From Acidobacteriota bacterium (lineage in GTDB: Bacteria; Acidobacteriota; Vicinamibacteria; Vicinamibacterales; 2-12-FULL-66-21), in assembly GCA_046734955.1 (NCBI GenBank), contig JBKPSH010000021.1, positions 11,968-75,967 of the forward strand: a DNA stretch of 64,000 bases, in the 5' to 3' direction. Each line of letters starts with the position of its first letter. Positions within the stretch are counted from its first letter, which is position 1. A program made the position numbers and the translations under genes. Positions 55,461 to 64,000 of the stretch are shown here, in pieces. The notes beneath the pieces were generated by a model. It was not told where the DNA came from, searched no databases, and saw only the letters and a program-made list of their open reading frames with translations.

Positions 55461-57463
55461 AGATTCCTCGCCTCACTCGCGATCGGCTTGCCGGCGCTGT
55501 CTTTGTCACGCTCGTCGTGCTCACGGTGATCTCCGCGACGTGGACGTTGCGACAGGCATGGGGCGTCTACAAACTCCGTCGCGGCGTCGGCGATACGTGG
55601 TTTCTCGCCGCCGACGGACGCCGCTGGTTCCGGATGGACGAACGGCATCAGGATATTCCGCTCGCAGAGATCCCCGCCGACCTGCAGCATGCGTTTGTCG
55701 CCGTCGAGGACCATCGGTTCTACAGGCACATGGGGATCGATCCGATCGCGCTTGGCCGCGCGATCTATCGCGACGTGCGTTCGGGCGGCGCCGTCGAAGG
55801 CGGCAGCACCTTGACGCAGCAGCTCGCGCGCACGCTGTTTCTCTCGAACCAGAAGTCGTACGGACGCAAGATTCGCGAGGCTGCCCTCGCGCTGATGGTC
55901 GATTCGGCGCTCTCGAAGCAGCAGATTCTCGAGCTGTATCTGAATCGCATCTACCTGAGTGGCGGTGTCTACGGCGTCGAAACGATGTCGAAGCATCTCT
56001 TCAACCGGCCGGCAAAGACGCTGAACCTGGCCGAGTGCGCGTTGATCGCCGGTCTCGCGCGCGCCCCCTCGTCTCTCTCGCCGTGGACGAATCTCGACGG
56101 CGCGATCGAACGCAGCCACGTCGTGTTGACGCGCATGCGCGAAGAAGGCTTCATCTCCGACGCGCAGGAGCGAGTGGCGCGCACGACGCGAATCCGCATC
56201 GCCCCATACCCCGGACCGACCGATCCGCGCGGCGGTTACGCCAAGGAATTCCTGCGGCAGCAATTTCGCGACGAGTTTGGCGGCGACCATCCGCCCGACT
56301 GGGAAGTGCGCACCACGTTCATCCCGGAACTGCAGGACATGGCGGAGCGCTCCATCGCCGATGTCCTGCGCCGTTTCAACCAACCGGAGCTTCAGGCGGC
56401 GCTGGTTGCCATCGATCCACAGAGCGGCGACATCCTGGCTCTCGTCGGCGGACGAGATTTTCGTCAATCACAGTTCAACCGCGCCGTACGCAGCCGCCGC
56501 CAGCCTGGATCGGCGTTCAAGCCCTTCCTGTTCGCGGTCGCACTCGACCACGGATACACGCCTGTCACGGTGCTCGATGGTTTGACCAACATTCAGCCAC
56601 AGGGGCCGGACGAATGGGCACCGCGTAACGCCAAGGATGAAATTGCTGACGCGCTGACACTGCGGGCGGCGTTGATCGAGTCGAACAATCGCGCCGCGAC
56701 GTCATTGCAGCAGCGTGTGGGATCGCGTCCAGTCCTGCGGCTGGCATCGACGGCGGGCATGCGCGACCTGCCGGACGTGCCGTCGCTTTCGCTCGGAACC
56801 GGCGAGGTCTCGCCGCTCGACCTCACCGCCGCGTTCGCGATGTTTCCGAACGGCGGATTCGCAGTCAGGCCGAGGGGGATGATTCGCGTCATCGATGCGG
56901 ATGGCACTGCGGTGTACGACAGCGCAGTTCGTAGCGAGCGCGTTATCTCGCCCGAAACCGCATTCCAGATGGTGTCGATGCTCGAAGACGTCATGGATCG
57001 CGGCACGGCGTCGGCGGCGCGAGGCTGGGGCATCCGGTTTCCTTCGGGCGGCAAAACAGGCACCACTGACGACTTCAAGGATGCGTGGTTCGTCGGGTTC
57101 TCGTCATCGTTAGTGGTTGGTGTCTGGGTCGGGTTCGATCAGCCGAAGACGATCGCGCGTGAAGGGTACGGCTCGCGATTCGCCTTGCCGATCTGGACCG
57201 ATTTCATGCGCCGCGCGGTCCAACGCCGGCCGGCGCGTGATTTCGACGTCCCTGCCGGACTCCATGGCGAGCAACTCTGCAGCGTGTCGTACCTTCGCCC
57301 GGTCGAGGAGTGTCCGACGTATATCGAGTATTTCAAGGAAAACGACGACGTGCCGTCGCGCTTGTGCCCGATTCACCGCGGAACGGTGAAGCAGCGTGTT
57401 CGACGGGTGTTCGAAGGGATCCTCTCCGGGCTCGGCCGCAAGATAAGGGGAATCTTTCATTGA
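55457..57463 (+). CDS. class A penicillin-binding protein (second PBP1A-family paralog)
   Basis: 668-aa ORF with a GTG start overlapping the pcs stop. Motifs are EDHRFYRHMGIDP...GGSTLTQQLAR, SAFKP and KTGTTDD. Confidence 0.9.
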   Translation: MKIPRLTRDRLAGAVFVTLVVLTVISATWTLRQAWGVYKLRRGVGDTWFLAADGRRWFRMDERHQDIPLAEIPADLQHAFVAVEDHRFYRHMGIDPIALGRAIYRDVRSGGAVEGGSTLTQQLARTLFLSNQKSYGRKIREAALALMVDSALSKQQILELYLNRIYLSGGVYGVETMSKHLFNRPAKTLNLAECALIAGLARAPSSLSPWTNLDGAIERSHVVLTRMREEGFISDAQERVARTTRIRIAPYPGPTDPRGGYAKEFLRQQFRDEFGGDHPPDWEVRTTFIPELQDMAERSIADVLRRFNQPELQAALVAIDPQSGDILALVGGRDFRQSQFNRAVRSRRQPGSAFKPFLFAVALDHGYTPVTVLDGLTNIQPQGPDEWAPRNAKDEIADALTLRAALIESNNRAATSLQQRVGSRPVLRLASTAGMRDLPDVPSLSLGTGEVSPLDLTAAFAMFPNGGFAVRPRGMIRVIDADGTAVYDSAVRSERVISPETAFQMVSMLEDVMDRGTASAARGWGIRFPSGGKTGTTDDFKDAWFVGFSSSLVVGVWVGFDQPKTIAREGYGSRFALPIWTDFMRRAVQRRPARDFDVPAGLHGEQLCSVSYLRPVEECPTYIEYFKENDDVPSRLCPIHRGTVKQRVRRVFEGILSGLGRKIRGIFH

Positions 57464-57513
57464 ATTTCGCTTTCTTGACAGGGGCGCGAGTCTATTTATA
57501 GCGTTCAAGGATC

Positions 57514-58596
57514 ATGAAGGCTCCTCTTCGCATTCCCGAAAACGGTTCTCTCGATTTTCTTGCTCTCGGCGCGCTGGTTCACCGGCTTGATCCGGGGGTC
57601 GTTCCGTTTCGCAAAGCCCACGCCTGCGCGATTCACGTCAGCGGTGGCGAGTTCAACACGGCAGCGAATCTCGCCGACTGTTTTGGTCTCCGGACCGGCG
57701 TCGCGAGCGCAATGGTCGAGTATCCGATCGGCGAACTGATCGCGCGTCAGGTCCGCTCCATGGGCGTGACGCCGTTCTACAAGATGTTCAAACATGACGG
57801 CGCGTGGGGTCCGAACATGGCCGCCGTCTACAGCGACCGGGGCCACGGCGTGCGCGCCCCGATCGTCTTTTACAACCGCAGCAACGAAGCCGCGGCGCGC
57901 TTGAAGCCCGGTGATTTCGACTGGGCATCGATCTTCGGGTCAGGCGTGCGCTGGTTCCACAGCGGCGGTATCTTCGCGTCGCTGTCCGAAACAACCTCCG
58001 AGCTGATCATCGAGGCGATGGAAGCGGCTCACAAGCACGGCGCCATTGTCTCGTTCGATCTCAATTACCGCGAGAAACTGTGGAGCGCGTCAGGCGGAGC
58101 AACGCGGGCGGTCGCCGTTCTCGAGCGCGTCGTGCAGCATGTCGACGTCCTCGTCGGCAACGAGGAGGATTTGCAGAAGGGACTGGGAATTCCCGGGCCG
58201 GAAGTGGCTGCCACATCGGCGCTCGATCCCAGTACGTTCGTCGGGATGATCGACCGGACACTCCAGAAGTTTCCAAATCTCAAGGTCGTGGCGACGACGC
58301 TGCGCGAAGTGCATTCGACGAGCCGTCACCGATGGAGCGCGGTCGCGTGGATGAACGGCGACACGTTCGTGGCGCCGACCTGCGACATCGATGTCTACGA
58401 TCGTGTCGGCGGCGGCGACGGCTTCGCGTCCGGCCTGGTGTATGGCCTGTTGACGGGAGAAACTCCTGAGGACTCTGTTCGGCTCGGATGGGCCCACGGC
58501 GCACTCATCGCGACGTTCCCTGGCGATACAACGATGGCGACTGTCGATCAGGTGCGGGCTTTCGCGAAAGGAGGATCGGCGCGGATTCAGCGATGA
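57514..58596 (+). CDS. PfkB-family sugar kinase (KdgK-like)
   Basis: 360-aa ORF with AAGGA before the ATG. It has the C-terminal PfkB signature DRVGGGDGFASGLVYG and an N-terminal GGEFNTAANLA-type motif. Confidence 0.85.
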   Translation: MKAPLRIPENGSLDFLALGALVHRLDPGVVPFRKAHACAIHVSGGEFNTAANLADCFGLRTGVASAMVEYPIGELIARQVRSMGVTPFYKMFKHDGAWGPNMAAVYSDRGHGVRAPIVFYNRSNEAAARLKPGDFDWASIFGSGVRWFHSGGIFASLSETTSELIIEAMEAAHKHGAIVSFDLNYREKLWSASGGATRAVAVLERVVQHVDVLVGNEEDLQKGLGIPGPEVAATSALDPSTFVGMIDRTLQKFPNLKVVATTLREVHSTSRHRWSAVAWMNGDTFVAPTCDIDVYDRVGGGDGFASGLVYGLLTGETPEDSVRLGWAHGALIATFPGDTTMATVDQVRAFAKGGSARIQR

Positions 58597-58662
58597 CCGT
58601 CGTTGATTGACCCACGGCCGCGTCTTTGACTTCATCGGCAGCGCGAACACGAGATGTTCCGA

Positions 58663-60699
58663 TTAATCGATACCAAGCGCGGCGAAGATGAACGCGAAGA
58701 TATCGGCGTCTTCTTCGATCGTCTTCGACAACGGTTTCCCCGCGCCGTGACCTGCCTTGGTTTCAATCCGGATCAACACCGGCGCGGAATGTCCCGCAGC
58801 CTGGAGTCGCGCCGCGAATTTTTTTGCCATCCCTGGCGCGACACGATCGTCAGTGTCTGCCGTCGTGATTAGGATTGGCGGATACGATGTGCCGTTGACG
58901 ACGTTGTGAAGAGGTGAATAGCGGTAGAGAAACGGAAACTGTGCGGGATCGTCGGCGGACCCGTACTCCGAAATCCAGAACCGGCCGACGGTGAGGTGGT
59001 GGTAGCGGAGCATATCGGCAACAGGAACGCGGCACAGCACGGCCCCGAACAGGTCGGGACGCTGCACCATCACCGCTGCGGTCAGCAATCCGCCATTGCT
59101 GCCACCCTCAATCGCAATCCGTTTCGGAGTGGTGTAGCCGTTCGCGACCAGCCACTCGGCGGCGGCGATGAAGTCGTCAAACACATTCTGTTTTCGCTCG
59201 AACATGCCGGCTTCGTGCCACGCTTCGCCGTACTCACCGCCACCGCGTAGATTCGGGACCGCGTAAATCCCGTCCTTCTCCAGGAGCACGAAGTTCGACG
59301 GGTCGAATGCCGGTGTCAGGCTGATGTTGAAACCGCCATAGCCGGTGAGCAGCACCGGCCGGTTGCCGTCATTCGGCAGTCCCTTCTTTGATACGAGGAA
59401 CATCGAAATACGCGTGCCGTCCTTCGACGAGTACCAGACCTGCCGGGTCTCGTAATCGTCCGCCTTGGCCTCAATCGCAGTGCGATCGCCGAACGGCGCG
59501 AGCTGGCGGCTGGTGAAGTCGTAGCGATAGTTGACGGCTGGATGCACGAAGGAGGTGAACCCCAAAAACATTTCGCCGTCTTCGGGGCGGCCGCTGACGC
59601 CGGTGAGTGATCCGAGTTCTGGCAACTTGACGTCTCCCGCCGGTTCGCCGGAGAGGGTGAACATCCGCAGCACATCGCTGGCGTGGTGCATATAGGCGGC
59701 GACGATCGTTCGGTGGATCACCGCTGCGGAAGACAACTTGTCCGTGCTTTCCGGCACGACTTCTTCCGGTGCGCGTTCGGGGGCCAGTGGGTCGACCGAG
59801 ATGATTCGCCCCCGCGGCGCGCATTCGTCGGTTCGGAACAAAAGCTGGCCGTGCGCCGACTCGATGAACGCGTAGGCGGCCGAGAACCCCGTGAATACTG
59901 GAAACGGTGTAGCCGCCCTCACGTGGCGATCGATTGCATACACTTCGCTTCGATCGCTCGATCCTTTGAACGCGGTGATGACCACCCAGCGGTCATCGTC
60001 GCTGACCTCCACCCCGAAAACTGTCTCGCGCTCGTTCGGCTTGTCGAAGATCAGTTGGTCGAGCGACTGATCATCACCGAGACGGTGGTAATAGACCTTG
60101 TTGAAATAGTTCTCATCGCCCGGTGCGACGGCGCCCGGTTCGGGAAAGCGAGTGTAGTAGAAGCCGCTGCTGTCTTTGACCCACGCGAGGCTGGCGAACT
60201 TCACCCAGAGCAGTCGATCGGGCAGATCGGTTCCGCTCTCCACGTGTCGAATGAGGATCACCTGCCGATCGCTGCCGCTCGTCGACAATCCATAGACCGC
60301 GAGCTCGCCTGAATCGTCGATCGCCAGAGCGGTCAGCGCGACGGGGCCGTCGGCGCGCATCGCGTTTGGATCAATCAGAACGCGGCCCGGGCCATCGGAC
60401 CCTTCCTGCACGTAGAGCACAGGTTGATCCTGCAGGCCGGTATTGTGCGTGAAGAAATAGTGCCGGCCTCGGCGGGTCGGCACGCTCGTGCGCGGAAAGT
60501 CGTAAAGCCTTGTCAGTCGTGTGACGAGCCCGTCACGAACAGGACCATCGACCACCGACCTCGTCAGCCGGTTCTCTGCCTCGACCCATGCGATGGTTTC
60601 CGTGCTGTCCGGATCTTCGAGCCAGCGATAGGGATCGGCGACGCGAGTGCCATGGTAGTCGTCGAACGTATTCGATTGTCGCGCTACCGGATACTTCAC
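58663..60699 (-). CDS. prolyl oligopeptidase (S9A) family serine peptidase
   Basis: ORF 58663..60981. The start is set at GTG 60699 (VKYPVARQSNTFDDYHGTRVADPYRWLEDPDS), which forms a GTGA overlap with the glk stop. The nucleophile motif is GGSNGGLL. Confidence 0.88.
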   Translation of the reverse strand: MKYPVARQSNTFDDYHGTRVADPYRWLEDPDSTETIAWVEAENRLTRSVVDGPVRDGLVTRLTRLYDFPRTSVPTRRGRHYFFTHNTGLQDQPVLYVQEGSDGPGRVLIDPNAMRADGPVALTALAIDDSGELAVYGLSTSGSDRQVILIRHVESGTDLPDRLLWVKFASLAWVKDSSGFYYTRFPEPGAVAPGDENYFNKVYYHRLGDDQSLDQLIFDKPNERETVFGVEVSDDDRWVVITAFKGSSDRSEVYAIDRHVRAATPFPVFTGFSAAYAFIESAHGQLLFRTDECAPRGRIISVDPLAPERAPEEVVPESTDKLSSAAVIHRTIVAAYMHHASDVLRMFTLSGEPAGDVKLPELGSLTGVSGRPEDGEMFLGFTSFVHPAVNYRYDFTSRQLAPFGDRTAIEAKADDYETRQVWYSSKDGTRISMFLVSKKGLPNDGNRPVLLTGYGGFNISLTPAFDPSNFVLLEKDGIYAVPNLRGGGEYGEAWHEAGMFERKQNVFDDFIAAAEWLVANGYTTPKRIAIEGGSNGGLLTAAVMVQRPDLFGAVLCRVPVADMLRYHHLTVGRFWISEYGSADDPAQFPFLYRYSPLHNVVNGTSYPPILITTADTDDRVAPGMAKKFAARLQAAGHSAPVLIRIETKAGHGAGKPLSKTIEEDADIFAFIFAALGID

Positions 60700-61772
60700 G
60701 CGCCCACCGACATCTGTTGTGCGTGCACGGCGGCGCCGAGGAGGCCCGCATCCGGGTTGAGGATCACGGCGACCGGAATCGTCGCGACGAAATCGGCCAT
60801 CGGTTCCTTCGCGCGGAACGCCTCGAGAAAGATGCCGGACTCGAGCGCGGGAAGAATCTTCGGCGCGATGCCGCCGCCGACGTAGACACCCGCCGTTGCA
60901 ACGGTGCGCAGCGCGATATTCCCCGATTCGGCGCCGTAAACCGCAACGAACATGTCGAGCGCCTCGACGCAGTGCTCGCACGTACGGTCCATTGCAGCGC
61001 GGCTGATGCGCGCGGGCAATTCCGCTGGATCGCTGACGCGACCCACGCCTTCGCAGAGACGCGACGGAAAGACGGATCCCTGCATCTGTGCCCGGTTCGC
61101 GGATTGATGAGAGAACTGGTAGATCGGGACGATTCCTGGCTCCGTGCCGAACGACTGATGCGTGAACTGGTAGACATTGACCAGCCCGGGACCCGAAAGG
61201 ATAGCTTCTACACTCACTCGACCGTAAATCCGCGTGAGCTCGCGCAACAGCTCGAATTCACGGGGCGTACGCGCCGCAAAATCCGCGTGACCTCCCTCTG
61301 ATGCGCTCGGCACGAAGCGTCCGTGTACGTTGAGCAGCATCGCCTCGCCCAGGCCGGTGCCGGCGGCGATCACGGCGGCGTTGCCGTTGGGGTGTGCGAC
61401 TCCGCGCTGAAGTATCGACAGCTCGTCGTCTTCGAGAACCGTGACGCCGTACGCCATCGCTTCAAGATCGTTCAGAACATGTGAGCGGCGAAAGCCAAGG
61501 CGCTCTCTAATCGACTCGCCTTCGACGAGCCATGGCACATTCGTCAGACGCGCGACTTGATCGGTCACCGCACCCGCGACACCAAAAGTTGCTGCGTCGA
61601 CATGCTTCGGTTCGACACTGCGCGATTTGAGAAACGACTCGATCATCGGTTCGAGTCCCGAATAGTCGAGTGTGGTGAATTCTCCGACATCGATCGCAGA
61701 CGGACGATCCGGCCTGGCCGTAAAAAGACCGAGCAACGACTTCGTCCCACCAATATCGCCCGCCAAGAGCAT
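60696..61772 (-). CDS. glk: glucokinase
   Basis: 358-aa ORF with the N-terminus MLLAGDIGGTKSLLGLF and ROK-less Glk-type sequence. It contains a short internal duplication (see findings). Confidence 0.88.
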   Translation of the reverse strand: MLLAGDIGGTKSLLGLFTARPDRPSAIDVGEFTTLDYSGLEPMIESFLKSRSVEPKHVDAATFGVAGAVTDQVARLTNVPWLVEGESIRERLGFRRSHVLNDLEAMAYGVTVLEDDELSILQRGVAHPNGNAAVIAAGTGLGEAMLLNVHGRFVPSASEGGHADFAARTPREFELLRELTRIYGRVSVEAILSGPGLVNVYQFTHQSFGTEPGIVPIYQFSHQSANRAQMQGSVFPSRLCEGVGRVSDPAELPARISRAAMDRTCEHCVEALDMFVAVYGAESGNIALRTVATAGVYVGGGIAPKILPALESGIFLEAFRAKEPMADFVATIPVAVILNPDAGLLGAAVHAQQMSVGA

Positions 61773-61838
61773 GGCAGCACATTCTAATTCACCAATTACT
61801 CTTGACTTTCATCTCAGAGTGGCCGATCTTCGCGATGA

Positions 61839-62708
61839 ATGGGGTCGGTCCCGTCATCGGCGTCGGCTGGCGGTCCCTACGGTGTGCGTGAGATTCGCAG
61901 TCTCTACCCCGTGGTTACCGACAACCACCTTCGGTATCTGGAGAAGTGGGGTCTCGTCCGAAAATCGAACAGGCCCCGCGATCGCCGCGAGTACTCCTTC
62001 GCCGATCTGACAACGATCAAGCAGGTCGCCAACGAGCTCGAGCGTGGTACTCCGTTGCGCGTCGTCCTCCGGTCGATGCTGGCCGAACGGCTGGGACAGC
62101 TCGAGCTTGATTTTGTCGATGCGCACGCCGACAAAAATACGCCGCGTGCGAAAGTCGTCAGCCTCGACGCGCACAAGCCGATCATCAACGCGACGACGCC
62201 GCCTCCGCTGTCGGCATCAGCGATACCTTATGCCGCCGACGATCCGCAGGCGGCACTCGCGTCGAAGTATTTTCTTGACGGCTCCCGCCTGGACGACGGC
62301 GACGAGCGGAACATGGAGCAGGCGGCTGCCGCATATCGGCGGGCTCTGATCGTCGATCCCGACCTCGTGCCGGCACTCGTCAATCTCGCGAACATCCGTT
62401 ACGCGCGCGACGAACTGATCGAGGCGCAGGCGCTGTACGAGCGCGCGATAGGCCTCGACCCTGACTGCTTCGAAGCGCATTTCAATCTCGGCAACATTCA
62501 GCACGACCTCGGTCGTTACGACCGCGCGCTTGGCTGCTACCGTCACGCGGTCGCCCTCAATGGCGGCTACGCGGACGCGCATTTCTATCTGGCTGTTACG
62601 CTGGAAAAGCTCGGACACTCGCCGGAGGCAAAGCCTCACTGGAAGGCGTATCAAGAGCTGGCACCGCGTGGTGAATGGGCAGATCTAGCGAAGGAGTTTC
62701 TTGACTAA
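61839..62708 (+). CDS. MerR-like HTH protein fused to TPR repeats
   Basis: 289-aa ORF. The N-terminal YGVREIRSLYPVVTDNHLRYLEKWGLV resembles a MerR HTH. The C-terminal half has 3-4 TPR units (…AYRRALIVDPDLVPALVNLANI…, …YERAIGLDPDCFEAHFNLGNI…). The exact start is uncertain. Confidence 0.7.
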   Translation: MGSVPSSASAGGPYGVREIRSLYPVVTDNHLRYLEKWGLVRKSNRPRDRREYSFADLTTIKQVANELERGTPLRVVLRSMLAERLGQLELDFVDAHADKNTPRAKVVSLDAHKPIINATTPPPLSASAIPYAADDPQAALASKYFLDGSRLDDGDERNMEQAAAAYRRALIVDPDLVPALVNLANIRYARDELIEAQALYERAIGLDPDCFEAHFNLGNIQHDLGRYDRALGCYRHAVALNGGYADAHFYLAVTLEKLGHSPEAKPHWKAYQELAPRGEWADLAKEFLD

Positions 62709-62808
62709 GGCGATAGGCGTGGCGATCTGGCGGCGCGCGCGAAGGAGCGAGCGCTGGCAGGCGCGGGGGTGGCCCCAGCGCAAAGTAAGAAAAGCTGACT
62801 GGCTGCCC

Positions 62809-63120
62809 TTAGTAAGAAAAGTCTAATCGCTCTCTCTTCTTGGGCGTTCGCCGCAGTTTGTAGAACGAGCAGTCCGGGCACCACGAGTCGGCGACGAACC
62901 CTTCCTTCCCTGCAAACGGCAGCACGTCGCGATGGGTGCAGAACTCGCCGTCCTCTGGTGTCGCGCGCCAGCGGCACGATTTGAATTTCTCCACCGCGGG
63001 TGACCCGACGGCGCCCTCCGCGGGCAGCGTCTGAGGCGCCTCGGCGGCCGGCGCTTCCGCCGGATTGTCGGTCTGCGGCAACGCCGCGGTCGGCGCAAAC
63101 GGATTTGTATCGTCCATCAT
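62809..63120 (-). CDS. hypothetical small Cys-containing protein
   Basis: 103-aa ORF whose ATG overlaps the helicase stop (ATGA). It has four Cys (C..C...CxxC) in the C-terminal half and a Pro/Ala-rich N-terminus. Confidence 0.55.
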   Translation of the reverse strand: MMDDTNPFAPTAALPQTDNPAEAPAAEAPQTLPAEGAVGSPAVEKFKSCRWRATPEDGEFCTHRDVLPFAGKEGFVADSWCPDCSFYKLRRTPKKRERLDFSY

Positions 63121-64000
63121 CCCTGCAATTCGAGGCCAAACGATTTCTGGAGAGCCTGCAGCGCGCGCGTCTCTTCCGGCGCGACCAGCGTCAGCGCGGT
63201 TCCGGTCGCATCTGCTCGGCCAGTTCGTCCAACACGATGCACGTAGGTTTCGCGATTCGACGGCACTTCGTAATTCACGACGTGAGTGATGCCGTCGATG
63301 TCGAGGCCGCGCGCTGCCACATCGGTGGCAACGAGCACGCGATAACTGCCGCTGCGGAACCCTTCGACCGCCTGCGTGCGCTGTTGCTGGGTGCGATCAG
63401 CATGCAGCGCCGCCGCCTTCAAACCAAAAGCGGCAAGCTTCTTCGCGAGGCGCTCCGCGCCGGACTTCGTGCGCACGAACACGAGCACGGGTCCGTCGGT
63501 CCGGCGAAGAAACTTCGCGAGCCATTCTGTCTTCTCGGACGCGGGCACCGATTCGACGGTGTGCGTGATGCTCTTGGCCGGACCACCGGCCGATCCGATC
63601 TGCACGTACTTCGCGTCGCACACGACTTCGTCAGCGAGCTTCATCACCTCTTCCGGCATCGTCGCCGAGAAAAGAAGCGTTTGACGAGCGGCGCAATCCG
63701 GCAGCGTTTGCACGATCCGGCGCACGTCGGGCCAGAAGCCCATGTCCATCATGCGATCGGCTTCGTCGAGCACGAGCGTGTCGAGCTTGTCGAACGAAAC
63801 CGACTTGCTCCGCATGTGATCCATCAGCCGGCCAGGCGTTGCGACAACGATGTCGACACCCGATTTCAGCGCGCGTTCCTGCGGGCCCATGTCCACGCCG
63901 CCGTAGACCGCAATACTCGTGATGTCGGTGTGATAGGTAAACCCTTGAACGTCGTCCTCGATCTGAACGGCGAGCTCCCGAGTCGGCGCAAGAATGAGCA
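63117..64000 (-). CDS. DEAD-box RNA helicase (5' part beyond the window end)
   Basis: The track shows 63117..63896, but the frame stays open to the window edge. Motifs are DEAD (VLDEADRM), SAT and HRVGRTGRA. Confidence 0.9.
   Translation of the reverse strand, partial: LILAPTRELAVQIEDDVQGFTYHTDITSIAVYGGVDMGPQERALKSGVDIVVATPGRLMDHMRSKSVSFDKLDTLVLDEADRMMDMGFWPDVRRIVQTLPDCAARQTLLFSATMPEEVMKLADEVVCDAKYVQIGSAGGPAKSITHTVESVPASEKTEWLAKFLRRTDGPVLVFVRTKSGAERLAKKLAAFGLKAAALHADRTQQQRTQAVEGFRSGSYRVLVATDVAARGLDIDGITHVVNYEVPSNRETYVHRVGRTGRADATGTALTLVAPEETRALQALQKSFGLELQG

Noticed and set aside
57475-57502. A sigma-70-like promoter TTGACA-N16-TATAGC upstream of the sugar kinase.
   Set aside because: The predicted transcription start would fall at or after the Shine-Dalgarno sequence (AAGGA, 57507-57511). 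The geometry is inconsistent, and the promoter consensus of this lineage is unknown to me.
60700-60981. The 94-codon N-terminal extension of the prolyl oligopeptidase ORF.
   Set aside because: It is Arg-rich, overlaps the glucokinase 3' end, and the conserved POP sequence begins at GTG 60699, which forms a GTGA junction with the glk stop.
62784-62821. An 11-nt direct repeat AGTAAGAAAAG occurs twice, 16 nt apart, downstream of the TPR gene.
   Set aside because: It is a single short duplicate overlapping the stop of the small Cys protein gene, with no further copies or structure in the window.

Overview
This 64-kb window is a chromosomal segment of a high-GC bacterium. It is probably Acidobacteriota, inferred from an ADOP-type duplicated orphan permease, an ECF sigma factor paired with a Ser/Thr kinase, and characteristic palindromic REP-like repeats. 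No database search was possible.

I support about 54 protein-coding genes and found no rRNA, tRNA or CRISPR. Main gene content:
- A complete F0F1 ATP synthase operon on the minus strand, in order atpB-E-F-H-A-G-D, with atpD running off the left edge.
- A sigma-54 enhancer-binding protein and PPK2.
- An Anbu (ancestral proteasome beta-subunit) cluster: Anbu, circularly permuted ATP-grasp, alpha-E and transglutaminase, plus a divergent transglutaminase paralog.
- A translationally coupled TonB-dependent receptor, YfiR and hybrid histidine kinase.
- A ppiB, ECF sigma and Ser/Thr kinase operon.
- blaI, blaR1 and an ADOP permease.
- An ECF sigma with a FecR-like anti-sigma, and a single-chain triple RidA fusion.
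- DUF523, FdhD and two class A PBPs.
- An lhr, nei and VKOR operon.
- FtsH, phosphatidylcholine synthase, prolyl oligopeptidase, glucokinase and a DEAD-box helicase that runs off the right edge.

The most unusual signal is non-coding. Nearly every longer intergenic spacer is filled by elements built from tandem 7-8 nt words, such as CAGTTTC, AATTCACC, GGATCC/CCGTGTTNAT, TGCTGAT, CCCTTTT and AATCCTCG. These are usually arranged as inverted arms, and the same word families recur at unlinked loci. Three of them sit inside the ATP synthase operon.

One pair of such arrays ends in a perfect 17-nt inverted repeat and brackets a four-helix-bundle gene of the 23S rRNA intervening-sequence protein family. 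This gives a 722-bp IVS-like cassette outside any rRNA gene.

Repeat coordinates are read by eye and may be off by 1-2 nt. All functional calls rest on my recognition of motifs in the translations, not on searches.
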